NCBI RefSeq assembly: GCF_004010195.1
Contig: NC_057720.1
Location: forward strand, 7,553,117 to 7,617,116
From: Chiloscyllium plagiosum
Lineage: Eukaryota
DNA: 64,000 nt
Reading direction: 5' to 3'
The position numbers and the translations under genes are program-made. This document shows positions 12,643 through 24,617 of the stretch, piece after piece (positions within the stretch are counted from its first letter, which is position 1; each line of letters opens with the position of its first letter). Below the pieces are notes generated by a model. It searched no databases. It saw only the letters and a list, made by a program, of their open reading frames with translations, and was not told the origin of the DNA.

Positions 12643-12869
12643 TAGGCAAAAGTGTGGACTGCAGATGCAGGAAACCAGAGTGGTGCTGGAAAAGCACAGC
12701 AGGTCAGGCAGCATCCGAGGAGCAGGAAAATCGACGTTTCGGGCAAAAGCCCTTCATCAGGAATAGAGCCTCTATTCTTGATGAAGGACATTTGCCTGAA
12801 ATATCGATCTTCCTGCTCCTCGGATGCTGCCTGACCTGCTGTGCTTTTCCAGCACCACTCTGATCTAAA
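12643..12869. mobile_element. Palindromic Penelope-derived element (P1) with 13-bp TSD
   Basis: Inverted arms centred on GAATAGAG-C-CTCTATTC (12769); TSD CAGCGACACCAAC at 12630-12642 and 12870-12882. Confidence 0.9.
12729..12764 (-). ncRNA. Minimal type-I hammerhead ribozyme motif, core intact
   Basis: Minus strand AUUC-CUGAUGA-A-GGGC(UUUU)GCCC-GAAA-CG-UC-GAUU. Confidence 0.75.
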
Positions 12870-13934
12870 CAGCGACACCAACATCCCATGAGTGAGAAAA
12901 AAACTTTTTAAATGATCTTTTATAAATATATGTAATTGTGCCACTGCTATCTGTTCCCAAACTTGCTGTAATTGTCTGAATGCAATCCACGATAAGGTGG
13001 ATAAGTTTATCAATTACCTCCGCAGTTTAATTCTTAATGTCTTCTTATCTGATCACTTCTTTTATGTCACGTCTAGCACATTTGCCTTGCTATTTACCAG
13101 CGAGACTTAGTAATTATTTAATATATAAACTGAAAATGCTGTAAATATTCAGCAGGCCAGGTAGTTTGTGTGGCAAGAGAGACTCCAAGCTAATGTTTCC
13201 GCTCTGTGACCTTTCGACAGACTGAAAAATGTCACAGAACAGGCAAATGAAAACTGGCATCCTCAGCAAGATCGCCAAGCCTGCGAATGCAAAGGTACAA
13301 GCACCGATAGAAGGGCCACATTTAACACGGAGTCTGTGGGGAGAAACAGCAGCTGATTCTCCCTCAAAAAGGGTAGGAAACAGAACCTGACACTTCCACC
13401 TGTTCAAAAGGCAACCAACTACTGATGTTGAGAACACTACTGTATTTTCCTTTAGAACTGTCAGCATCTATTACATGAACCGAGACATTCATCATCTGCA
13501 ATGCTTGCTGTTTTATTGTGCCTGGTTTTCATCTATGGGCCATTTTGCCGTTGTACACTTTCCCTCATAATCAATATTTTTTCATTTGCAGAGCTCGCCA
13601 GCTGTAAGATATCCGAGCACGTGCTACGTTTTGAAGGCAAAGACCAGGCACAACACAGACATCGTGTGAGGAAAGGGCAGTAAATCATAAATTAGAGGGC
13701 AAAAGCGAGCTTCAAGATGAAACAAAAAGCCTATCAAGAAATAAAAAGACATAAAAAAAATGACAAGACATCCACTAAGGTCTTTGCGGAATAAAAGTTT
13801 CAAGCCGCTCCCTCCAGAGTGGTGCTGGAGAAAAATATGTTTGAACTTGAGTTAACTGCCAGACATTTCTTTGTTAACTTGTTTGTGGAATGTAAGTGGT
13901 GTTGGCTAGGACTATATTTATTTACCATTCCTGT

Positions 13935-14250
13935 GGAGATGATGGCCTATTGCTACACTATTAATGCAGAGATCCAGGTAATATCCTGGGGACCCCGGTT
14001 TGAATCCCACCGTAGCAGATGGTGGTCTTTGAATTGTCGAAAACAACAATTTTGAATAAATTGTCCAAGGATGTCCGTTGTTGAGAGCATCCTTGGAAAA
14101 GACCATTGCATTCATTTTTATGGAAGGAAACTACTGTTCTTACCTGGTCTGACTCCAGACCCACAGCGATGTGGTTGACTCTTAACCCTCTGGGCAATTA
14201 GGGATGGGCAATAAATGCTGGCCTTGTCACTGGCATCTACATCCTGTGAC
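13935..14250 (+). mobile_element. SINE family S2
   Basis: Matches 7264-7620. Confidence 0.8.
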
Positions 14251-14417
14251 TGTATATGTATAAAAACATGTTCGCCTCGAGGAGCACCTCAGAACCTAGT
14301 GCTCCCAAATAAACCCGTTGGACTATAACCTGGTATTGTGTGATTTTTAACTTTGTCCACCACTGGTGGACAAAGTTTTTAACAGGCCAACACTGGCACC
14401 TCCAAATCATAAAAAGA

Positions 14418-14625
14418 GTGTGGCATTCCCACAGAAACCAGGGAATCACTGGCCCAAGACTGTCCAAAGTGGAGGAGGAGCATTCCGGAAGGGGACAGCA
14501 CCTCGAGACTTGCCGTCGGGAAAAAGCCAAAGCCAGATGGAAACAGCATAAGGAGCGCGCTGCCGCGCCAATGCCCCAGCCACCCCTTCCCATGCCCACC
14601 CTCTGCCCCAACTGTAACAGAGCCA
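14418..14625 (+). mobile_element. RTE/BovB-type LINE C-terminal fragment
   Basis: Frameshifted GIPTETRESLAQDCPKWRRSI...HLETCRREKAKARWKQHKERA...CPNCNRA. Confidence 0.7.
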
Positions 14626-15429
14626 GTCTGTACGAGACAAAAAAACTGCAGACGCTGGAATCCAAAGTAGACAGATGGGAGGCTGGAAGAACACAGCAAG
14701 CCAGGCAGTCTCAGGAGGTGGAGAAGTTAATGTTTCAGATATAACCCTTCTTCAGCTATCTTTGGAACCCACCCTGAGAGTGGTAGAGAGTCATCCTCAT
14801 CTGTGAGGGACCATCAATGAATGAAGAATGATTACAACAAAATTTGCCCTGGGAGAGATGGTGGTGCACTGTCTTCTTGACAAATGATTAAAAAAAATAC
14901 CCTGGGGTAGGCGGTGGTGAACTGCCTTCTTGAGCCACTGCAGTATGTGTGGTGTTAGGGAGAGCGTTCGAGAATTCTGGCTTTGCAACACAATGAAGAG
15001 ATATCGATACTGTTCCAAGTCAGGATGGTGCGTGGCTTGGAAAGGAACTTGCTCACAGTATTGTTCTCATGTTTTGTCCATGCATCCCATGCCTCTGTCC
15101 TTCTAATAGTAGAGTTCATGGGTTTGGAAGGTGTCCCTGCCAGAACCTTGGAGAGTTGCTCCGAGGGATATTATTTTGCCAGAGTACATTACTTGTTTGT
15201 TGTGAAGTTAACTGGCCCATTTTAACTAAACAGTTCCACAACCAGCAGGCACAGTTGGCAGAGAGAGAAGGTCACAAGTTCAAAACCCACTCCATACACT
15301 TGAGTGCAAAATCGAGGCTCACTCCCCATCAACACTGCCTCTGAGCTGTGGGGGCATACAACAATGAATCTCCCCCACAGACCAGTGACAAGTCAGCCCT
15401 TTCAGATTACCATATACGCAAGGTCGTCC

Positions 15430-16110
15430 AAAAGATTTTAAATTAGCCTTTCATGTATTCCAAAGCACGCTGGAGAGAACATTCAGTGCAGCAATAAACT
15501 GAGCGAATGAACCAAACTGTGGCGAATGGATTTCTATTCAAGACCAACTTGTATGAAGAGAGAATAGAATGGGGTATTGTTTGAATGATCAAAAGTTAGA
15601 AATGTGGAGATCCAAAGTGACTTGGAAACCAGAAGCGTAGAGTACTTAACCATTATGCACCAGCCCAAAAATAAAAGTTTAATGGCCTTTCTATCTAAAG
15701 GATTAGAATACAAGTGAGCAGAAGCCAGGTTTTGGTTATATTTGGAGCAGACATGGAGTTGTTTGAGGAGGACTGTTTATCACACCTCAGGAATGGTATA
15801 CTAGCCTTGGAGGGAGTACAGCAAAGATGTCCAAAAATTATACCTGGATACCAAGATTACATTAGAACAGATCACAGAAGCTAATGTCCTTGTGCTCTGA
15901 AATTTAGTAGATTAAACAAAATTGATTGAATTTTCCAAGAATTTAAAAGCAAGCTTACATAAAAGAGAAACTATTTTCACCAACTGAGGGAAGGATCATA
16001 GTCTGAAATGTTAGATCCCATCCTTTTAGGAATTAATTCGGAAACACTCTTCTACATACAAGAGTGTGGTAGAGGTTTGAAACTCCCTTGCTGATTCTAG
16101 ATCACCTGTT
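15430..16110 (+). mobile_element. Highly degraded CR1 RT/3' fragment
   Basis: Residual motifs (DKLSEW-like, KGLEYK, ALEGVQQR, FYTQECGRGLKL). Confidence 0.65.
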
Positions 16111-16127
16111 CTAGACTTTTCCAGAGA

Positions 16128-16435
16128 TTAGATTAGATTCCCTACAGTGTGGAAACAGGCCCTTCGGCCCAACTAGTCCACATCGACCCTCCAAAGAGTA
16201 ACCCACCCAGAGCCATTTCCCTCTGACTGATACACCTAACACTATGGGCAATTTAGCATGGCCAATTCACCTGACCTGAATATCTTTGGACTCTGGGAGG
16301 AAACCGGAGCACCCAAAGGAAACCCACGCAGACACGGGGAGATTGTGCAAACTCCTCACAGACAGTCACCCAAGGCTGGAATCAAATCTGGGACCCTGGT
16401 GCTGTGAGGCAGCAGTGCTAACCACTGAGCTACCA
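16128..16435 (-). mobile_element. HE1-type V-SINE
   Basis: (GATTA)n tail, V-domain and tRNA head on the minus strand. Confidence 0.9.
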
Positions 16436-16574
16436 TCCTTAGTTTTGTTGACCACAAGTATTAAGGGATACAAAGCAAAAGCAGGACATGAGGATTTGGG
16501 TCACATCATTATACAGCCGAACAGACTCAACAACTTAGTCATAGGACAGAAGTCACATGACACGACACCAGGTT

Positions 16575-17590
16575 ACAGCCGTGGAAGGATGCTTTTCAGA
16601 ATGGAGGGCTGTGACTAATTGTGGTCCACAGGGATCAGTGCTGGGACCTCTGCTGTTTGTGATCTACATAATTGATTTGGAGGAAAACGTAGCTGGTCTA
16701 ATTAATAAGTCTGTGGATAATACAAAGATTGATGGAGTTGCAGAGAGTGAGGAGGGTTGTCAGAGGATACAGCAGAATATAGATCAGTTGGAGGCATGGG
16801 TAGAAAAATGGCAGATGAAGTTTAATCCAGACAAATGTGATGTGATGCATTTTGGAAGGTCAAGTGCGGGTGGAAACTATACAGTGAATGGCAAAACCCT
16901 TAGGAGTATTGATATGCAGAGGGATCTGGGTGTGAAGGTCCACTGATCACTGAAGGTGGCAGCGCAGATAGACAAGGGAGTAAAAAAAAAACGCCTATGG
17001 CATGCCCATCTTCATTGGAAAGGGTATTGAGTATAATAATAGACAGGTTATGCTGCAGCTTTATAGAACTTTAATTTAGCAACACTTGGAATATTACATA
17101 CAGTTCTGGTCAGCACAGTATGAGAAAGATTTGGATGCTTTGGAGAGGGTAAAGAAAGGGGTTACCAGGATGTGCCTGGTATGGGGGAGTTTAGTTGTGA
17201 AGAAAGGTTGGATTTCACTGGGTTTGTTTTCACTGAAATACAAGGGGTTGAGAGGTGACCTGATAGAGGTTTATAAGATTGCGAATGGCATGGACAGAGT
17301 GGAAGCAATTACTTGGGGACACAGGTTCAAGGTGTGGGGGGAGATGTTTAAAAGAGATGTGTGAGGCAGGTTTTTCACACAAAGGATGATGAATGCCTGG
17401 AACACGCTGCCAGAGATGGTGGTGGAAGCTGATGCAATAGCAGCATCCAAGAAACACCTGGACGGATACATGAATAGGAAGCAATTACAGGGATATGGAA
17501 CCTGAAAGTGAAGACAGTTGTAGTATGGAAGGGCACAACGTGGCAGCCTGGGCATGGAGGGCTGAAGGGCCTGTTCCTGTGCTGTGTAGT
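16575..17590 (+). mobile_element. CR1 LINE RT domain to 3' UTR
   Basis: GPQGSVLGPLLFVIYIIDL, WQMKFNPDKC, RDLGV, LRGDLIEVYKI. Confidence 0.92.
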
Positions 17591-18177
17591 TCTTTCTTCT
17601 AAGGGGAGAAGCGACCTCCTCCTGTTCCTGCATTTGCACTGAGGGTGTGCTGCACTGTCAGAAGTGCTGTATTTTGTTTGACCCCTTCCTCCTGGTAAAA
17701 GTACCCTCATGTAACTTGAATGCACCACCCATTGAGCCCAAGGGTGTTGTGCTCAGTTGAATTACTGAAAAAGTTGCTCAGGGCTCTTCACTCATCGCTG
17801 TTCTGATGAATACTGACGACTGGATTTCGAACCATGTGGTTTGTAATTTGGGCAGATAACTCAAAGGAAGACAGGAATATGGAACAGAACCTTTGTTACT
17901 CAATCCTCCTCTCTCCCCCTCCAACTCAACACTGGGACTCATCACCCTTCAACACTAAATTGGAATGGCTACTGAATCCAATGAACACAGTCACTAATAA
18001 CGCTAAGAGACTGGGTGTCCTGGCTGGACCGTGTAGAACTCATTTTTCAAACAAGGGTCAGATATTTAAACCTGAGGGTGAGAAGAAGGTGTTTCGTTCA
18101 GTTTGGTGAAATGTTTGAACTCTGGACCCAAGGACCATTGATGCGCACTGGAGATATTCAAGGATGGGACCAATAGA

Positions 18178-18390
18178 AACCAAAAGAATTGCAGATGCTG
18201 GAAATCAGAAACAAAAACAGAAATCATTGGAAAAGTTCAGCAGGTCTGGCAGTGTCTGTGGACAGAAGTCAGAGTTAACGTTTCGGGTCGGGTTAGGAAA
18301 GGTCCCTGGACCCAAAACATTAACTCTGATTTCTCTCCACAGATGCTGCCAGACCTGCTGAGTTTTTCCAGCAATTTCTGTTTTTGTTGT
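18178..18390. mobile_element. Palindromic Penelope-derived element (family P2)
   Basis: Inverted arms AAAACAGAAATCATTGGAAAAGTTCAGCAGGTCTGGCAG / CTGCCAGACCTGCTGAGTTTTTCCAGCAATTTCTGTTTT; imperfect TSD ATGGRACCAAYAGA at 18164 and 18391. Confidence 0.75.
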
Positions 18391-18574
18391 ATGGAACCAA
18401 CAGACTTTAATCATACTATGAGAATGAACTGGTATGGGAACAGGTTGGGAAAGTGGAGCAAGGGTCAGTCACTATTTTGTACTGAAGTGCTATGGAGGCT
18501 CATCATTGGGCATGGGGATATTTGTGGTGTCTCCACCTCCTGCTCGGGATTTAAAATTTTCCACCACCATTCAT

Positions 18575-19225
18575 AACTGTATGTGGCAGGATTGTGGAGC
18601 TGAGACCTGATCCACTGGCTGTGGGATCACTTAGCTCTGTCTAGTGCATGCTGCTTCTACCATTTAGCATTCACCTGTGTTATGGCTTCATCAGGTTGTT
18701 ACCTCATTTTTACGTTTGGCTGGTATTGCTTCTGACATGCCTTTCTGCACTCCTCAATGATATTGGGTTGACCTCTGGTTTGATGGTAATGGTCGAGGGA
18801 GGGGGGAGCGAGGGAGAGAGAGAAAGAGAGAGAGATGCCAGGCGAGGAGGTTGCACATTGTGATTAAGTATATTATTGATGCTGCTGATGGACCACAGCG
18901 TCTCATGGATGCCGAGTTTTGAGTTACCAAATCTGTTCCAATTTTGTCTTATTTAGAACTGATACACAACAATGTAAGGCAAAGCTTTCTCTCCAGAATG
19001 TCTATGCAGTGGTCAAATACATTGACATAATCATAGATGGATATAATTGACAAGTTGATTCATGAGGAAGAGGTCAAGTATGCTTATCTCTCTCATTAGT
19101 TCCCTCACCACCTGCCATAGATTCAGTCTAGCAGCTATATCCTCGAGGACCCAACCAACTCGATCGTAGTGCTGCTGTTGGAGGTGGACATTCTCACCCA
19201 GAGTACATTGTGTTCCCTTGAAGTG
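18575..19225 (-). mobile_element. LINE family B internal fragments, degraded
   Basis: Minus-strand LEDIAARLNLWQVVRELMR..SILDL resembles a LINE endonuclease C-terminus; assignment to family B is inferred. Confidence 0.6.
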
Positions 19226-19499
19226 ACTGGTGGGTGATTTAACCTGAGCGTCACCGCACCACACTACACTACACCAGCAGTGAAGGGAGACATTGAGAGG
19301 GGCTTTCAAGATAATCTCAGCTGGTGAAAGAATTGAAGCCAAACCGTTAACATCACACAGCATCACAAACCAGTTGTCCAGCCAACTGAACTAACTGACC
19401 ACCTTGTGAGGATTTGTTGGAAAAGGCAGTGTACCTCAGATGTTGACCTGCACCCACAGTCTCCCAATAGTCGTAATAACAATGTCTAACTTGATAATG

Positions 19500-19672
19500 A
19501 TATGGAGGCAAGGGTGTTCTAATGGGGTGGACAAAGTTAAAAATCACACAACATCAGGTTATAGTCCAAAAGGTTTATTTTGAAGCACTAGCAAGAAGCA
19601 GCGCTCTGAAAGCTAGTGATTCCAAATAAACCTATTGGACCATAACCTGGTGTTGTGTGAGTTTTAACTAGC
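19500..19672. mobile_element. Palindromic element family P3 (Penelope-type end)
   Basis: AAAATCACACAACATCAGGTTATAGTCCAA arm plus inverted copy; flanking repeat CTTGATAATG; remnant GCAGCGCTCTGAAAGCTAGTG hammerhead half. Confidence 0.75.
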
Positions 19673-19793
19673 TTGATAATGTAACTTGTACCTGGTTGTT
19701 ACAAAACAATAAATACATCTTGTTCATACAAGAGTTTCTTCTGGAGACTCACTCACAGTAAAGGGATATTGGCAACAAACCACCCAACAAGAC

Positions 19794-19857
19794 TCCCTGG
19801 TGGTCAGGATTCGGCGCTTTCACCGCCACAGCCTGGGTTCGATTCCCGATCAGGGGA
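19794..19857 (+). pseudogene. tRNA-Glu(TTC) pseudogene with 8-nt D-arm deletion
   Basis: TCCCTGGTGGTC--------AGGATTCGGCGCTTTCACCGCCACAGCCTGGGTTCGATTCCCGATCAGGGGA versus the vertebrate tRNA-Glu TCCCTGGTGGTCTAGTGGNTAGGATTCGGCGCTTTCACCGCCGCGGCCCGGGTTCGATTCCCGGTCAGGGAA. Confidence 0.9.
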
Positions 19858-19871
19858 CAATTGCTATCTAG

Positions 19872-20195
19872 GGGCGGCACGGTGGCTCAGTGGTTAGCAC
19901 TGCTGCCTCACAGCGCCAGGGACCCATGTTCAATTCCAGCCTCGAGCGACTATCTGTGTGGGTTTGCACATTCTCCCCATGTCTGCATCGGTTTCCTCCG
20001 AATGCTCCGGCTTCCTCCCATAGTCCAAAGATGTTCAGGTCAGGTGAATTGGCCATGCTAAATTGTCCATAGTGTTAGGTGCATTAGTCAGAGGGAGATG
20101 GTTCTGGATGGGTTACTCTTCGGAGGGTCAGTGTGGACTTGTGAGGCCAAATGGCCTGTTTCCACACTTAGGGAATCTAATCATCTAATCTAATC
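19872..20195 (+). mobile_element. HE1-type V-SINE
   Basis: GGCGGCACGGTGGCTCAGTGGTTAGCACTGCTGCCTCACAGCGCCAGGG head; (ATCTA)n tail. Confidence 0.93.
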
Positions 20196-20546
20196 AAACA
20201 ACAAGATGGTAATGCCTTGCAATGCAACACATCCAACACACAATGCTGTATAAATGTAAACACTTTCCCTTTTATCTGCAAGCTGAATAGACATCAATTA
20301 CTAAACTGTGTTCAAAAGCATCTTCAAAACCTATGACCACTTCTTGAAGGACGAGGGTAGCAGATGAGTGGTAGCACCACCACCTGTAAGTCTTCCTCCA
20401 AATCAATCACTCCCCTGACCTATTTTCTATTTATTCACAGTGGGCATCACTGGATAGGCCAGCATTTTGTGCCCATCCCTAATTGCCCAGAGGGCAGTTA
20501 AGAGTCAACTGCATTGCTGGAGTCACATGTAGGCCACACCAGGTAA

Positions 20547-20872
20547 GATTAGATTAGATTAGATTACTTACAGTGTGGAAACAGGCTCTTCGGCCCAACA
20601 AGTCCACACCGACCCTCCGAAGAGCAACCCACCCAGACCCATTCCCCTACATTTACCCCTTCACCTAACACTACAGGCAATTTAGCCAGGCCAATTCACC
20701 TGACCTGCACATCTTTGGACTGTGGGAGGAAATCGGAGCACCTGGAGGAAACCCACACAGACACAGGGAGAATGTGCAAATTCCCCACAGACAGTTGCCT
20801 GTGGCGGGAATTGAACCTGGGTCTCTGGCGCCGTGAGGCAGTAGTGCTAACCACTGAGCCACCGTACCACCC
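20547..20872 (-). mobile_element. HE1-type V-SINE inserted into an S2 SINE (minus strand, 20425-21090)
   Basis: (GATTA)n tail; host resumes at AGGTAAGG with AGGTAAG duplicated. Confidence 0.9.
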
Positions 20873-22529
20873 ATAAGGTAAGGTCAGCAGATTTCCTTCC
20901 CTGAAAGACGGTAGTGAACCAAACAGTTTTTTCTGACAATTGACAATTGATATCGTCAGACTCTTATTTCCTGATTTTTAAAATTCAATCTAAATTACAT
21001 GGCAGGATTCGAACCCAGTTCCTCCAAATCATTACTGGGATCCCTGGATTAATAGGTCGAGCAGTAATACCACTCGGCCATTGCCTCCCCCTGTTCCTAT
21101 AATTGCTGTTCCTTTACCATCACTCGGTCACATTCCTGGCGTTCTCTCCCTCGCAACACTGTGGGTATCCTTATACCCCAAGGACTGCAATAGTTTAAGA
21201 AAGCAGCTCATCACCACCACCTTCTGAAGGCCAATTGGAAATGAGTAATAAATGCTGGCATTTCTTCCCATGAACAAATTTAAAAGTAATTTTAAAATAA
21301 ATTTTAAAAGTTCCAGCAGTTTTCATCCAAGATTGGATCTGTTTTACATTTGGTTCCTCTTTGTGTCGAAAGCTTCTGGAGTCAAATAACATGCATTTTA
21401 AGAGCATAGGAAATAGAAACAGGAATAGGCCATTCAGCCCTTCGAGCCTACTCTGCCATTCAATAGGATCGTGGCTGATCCAACATTCATCGTGTCCACT
21501 TTCCTGCCCTTTCCCCGACTCAATTCCCTGACTGATCAAGAATCTATCAATCTCAGCCTTAAATATACACAAGGACACTGCCCCCACATGGGTCTTCTGT
21601 GATTCTCTGACGTTTTATTGACATGGATGTCAACGTCATATACCCTGACAGTCCCAAACACATTTTACATCAGCAAAGTTAAATATACTTTATATTTTAT
21701 CTGTATCCAATATGTGTGCACTTAAAAAGAAAAATGTTGCAGAACTATCAAAAAAGAGGATTAATTTGATAACTCCTCAAATCTTCACCACAAAGATGAA
21801 TGACCAACATCTTTCTCCAGATAATTCTGGGATACAATGGGAACTGTTCGAAACAGATACCAAAGCATCAAGAGGCCTGAACTAAAACCCAGCTTTGAAA
21901 AACATTTATGCAATGTGATCGCCACTTTCAGTATTCCCTTTGGACTTTCTTTTTAAGCAGTTTCGTACAAAATGCCCAGAGTAATAAGATGCTATTCGAC
22001 TTTCAGACAGCAGTTTCATGTCGAGTCATTAATTATCCTTCATTCTGACAGCAATTCCATCGGCGGTAACAAGGCTGGTGAGGCAAAGTGTTGTTAGTCA
22101 TGAGCCAGGAATGAATATGAATATCCGACCTTTTCCGAATAAACATAACTCTAAACAATTATACCCCATTACTGAGGTAGCCAATATTATACCTTGTACT
22201 GAGATCACATAATTCAAACATCTTGCTGCTTCAGTGTTTGCTCAGAAATGAAATCTAACGTGCACCGTTCCCGACTCACTAAGAATAAGCAGTAAAGAGT
22301 GAATAGGACTGGTTACCTCATTCAGATACACAAAAGGAGACCAGATTGCTCGGGTCGTTTAATTTATTGTCATCTTTTGTTCCTTTACAACAAACAGAGC
22401 AAGCAAATAATAAACACCTTGTTTAAGTATTTTCTGTTCAGGGCAATGTCAGTTGTCCAGTCTGCTCACAGCAGCACGTTGCTTAACTAATACAAAACAC
22501 AGGAAGGGCTTCAAACACTGACTGTAGGG

Positions 22530-23030
22530 AAAGAGAAAAAGACAGCATGAGAGAGGGAGAGAAGGAGGGAGAGAAAAAGCAAGAAAGAAAAGTCAAAAGA
22601 GATGGAGAAAGGTAAAAGGGAGAAAGAGAAGAAAATGAGAAAAATGACACAGTAAGTTCCTTTATAACATGACAGTTGTGTCCTTGGGCAACCTCACGTT
22701 ATAGAAAAAGCATGCTCTAGAAGCAGTGCTTAAAGTGTTGGCAATGTAATCACATTACAGCCTAAACACGTTTCAAACATTCATGCTTTAGAAACAATGT
22801 TCCCAATTTGGACAGTCGCGTTACAGCGAATTCGCGTTAACAAAACGCACGTTCGAACAGAACAACCAGTAGACTGAAAAGAGAAATAAACAGTGAAAAA
22901 AAATGTGAAGGAGAAAAAACATGGGAGAGGGGGAAGAGGAAAACGAATAGAAAAAGAAAGAGAAAGGGAATGAAATAAAGAAACAAAAAGGGAAGTGCAG
23001 GAGAAAGAAAAAGAAGAAAAGCAAGTAACA
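22530..23030. repeat. Purine-rich (GA/A) low-complexity tract interrupted by a MITE
   Basis: Direct inspection. Confidence 0.8.
22650..22869 (+). mobile_element. ~220-bp Tc1/mariner (pogo/Tigger)-like MITE
   Basis: CAGTAAGTTCCTTTATAAC ... GTTCGAACAGAACAACCAG-TA; same family as 62394-62611 and 63128-63346. Confidence 0.7.
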
Positions 23031-23264
23031 AGAAATACTCGCATCCATATAGTGCCTTCAAATATCAGTGACATATAATTTTGTGTAAGGTTTTACTTTT
23101 GCTTTGATCAGGAAAAATCACACGTAATACCAATTTAAGGGAAAGACCAACATTTATATTAAATGAGGAAAATGTTAATTGGTTGTCAAGTGGACCCTAA
23201 TTAGTAGAAGCGTTGCCATGGAGAGTATTCCAGTTAATGATGATTGTCACTTAAATGTCAGGGT

Positions 23265-23471
23265 CAAAACATGTGTTGCTGGGAAAGCACAGCAGGTCAG
23301 GCAGCATCCAAGGCGCAGGACAGTCAATGTTTTGGGAATGTCCTGATGAAGGGCTTAGGCCCGAAACCTCGACTCTTTGCTTCTTAAATGCTGCCTGAAT
23401 TGCTTTGCATTCCCAGCTTCACACTTTTTGACTCTGATCTCCAGCACCTGGCAGTCCTCACTTTCTCCTAG
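23265..23471. mobile_element. Palindromic Penelope-derived element (P1) with 14-bp TSD and hammerhead core at 23343-23370 (+)
   Basis: TSD TTAAATRTCAGGGT at 23251-23264 and 23472-23485; GUC-CUGAUGA-A-GGGC(UUAG)GCCC-GAAA-CC-UC-GAC. Confidence 0.8.
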
Positions 23472-24399
23472 TTAAATATCAGGGTTTGTTGGAAGGTTAA
23501 ACCCAGCAGGTTGACTCTGGATGGTGAAGAAATTGTCTTGGTGACATGGAGATAATCAGCACTGGTTGTGGCCATAACACTGGGCAGGGCACAGGGAGTA
23601 CCTCCTTCAAAATTGGACCATGAGATCTTTCATGTCCACCTGAAATCCTTCACTTAGCATTATGTTCAAGACACTGAACTTCACTCTGTGCCACACTTAT
23701 TCAGATAGCTCTGTAGCTTGCCTTCTTGACTTGGTGAAGAGGTTCCAACAATACCTTGAGCAAAGATGTTGGGAGTTCCTTACTCCTAGTAAGACTAGCC
23801 AAGATTGAAAGATTTGGTGTGGCGGTGGAGGGGGGTTGCCAGATAACATATGGTTGGAAAAGTCATCAATGGCAGAACAGGTGAAATAAGACTGCATCTC
23901 AACAACTATGCATAATGAAGGAGACTGCAGTGGCAATTTGGTGCTCGCTGCCATTGTGTTTTGACAACTCATTGAAACCTGGCCAGTAACTCATCAAGAT
24001 CATGTTCACGATGCTGGCACATCCAAAGTTGCAATGCTAAAAGTCATCTGCATGCATTTACCATTACCATGTCCTGTGGTGATGGAGATCCAAGTTCAGG
24101 TACATCACTAACCTGGGACTCCCCCAGTGAAGAACCTGCACACATGTGACAGATGCACAAAGGTGATTGGGCACCCATGGTGAGTCAGAGGTGTGATGAG
24201 GGATGCTACAACTGATCTCAACAGCTCAGCTTTTTCGGAGCAGACAGCTGAAATGCAGAATCAGTTCCTCACTGGTAAGCATAGAGAATGGGAGAAGGAG
24301 GTCATTCTGCCCTAGGATCATGCTCCAGCATTCAATATGATCATGGTCAATCACCTTACAGTATTCTGTTCCTGCATAAACGTGTGCCTCTATTGAAAA

Positions 24400-24617
24400 A
24401 TGCATATATATATGTGTTGCGACTGTGTATATCTGTGTGTGCGTAACAATGTGCACGAGTGTGTCCGCATGTATGTGTGCTTGTGTTCGTGTGTGGGTTG
24501 TGTCTGCATGTGTGTGGTTGCGTGTGTGCCTAGTGCATGCATGCTCATGTGTGTGCTTGTGCATGCTTGCACATGCATGCGTGTTCACATGTCTGTGCGT
24601 GTGCATGTATGTGTGAG
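24400..24617. repeat. Degenerate (TG/CATG)-rich microsatellite
   Basis: Direct inspection. Confidence 0.85.

Larger units (their letters stand above)
12075..12900 (+). mobile_element. LINE family B 3' fragment
   Basis: TACAAGGCACAAGTC...ATGGAATACTCT and 3' UTR as at 6240-6760; interrupted at 12643-12869. Confidence 0.8.
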
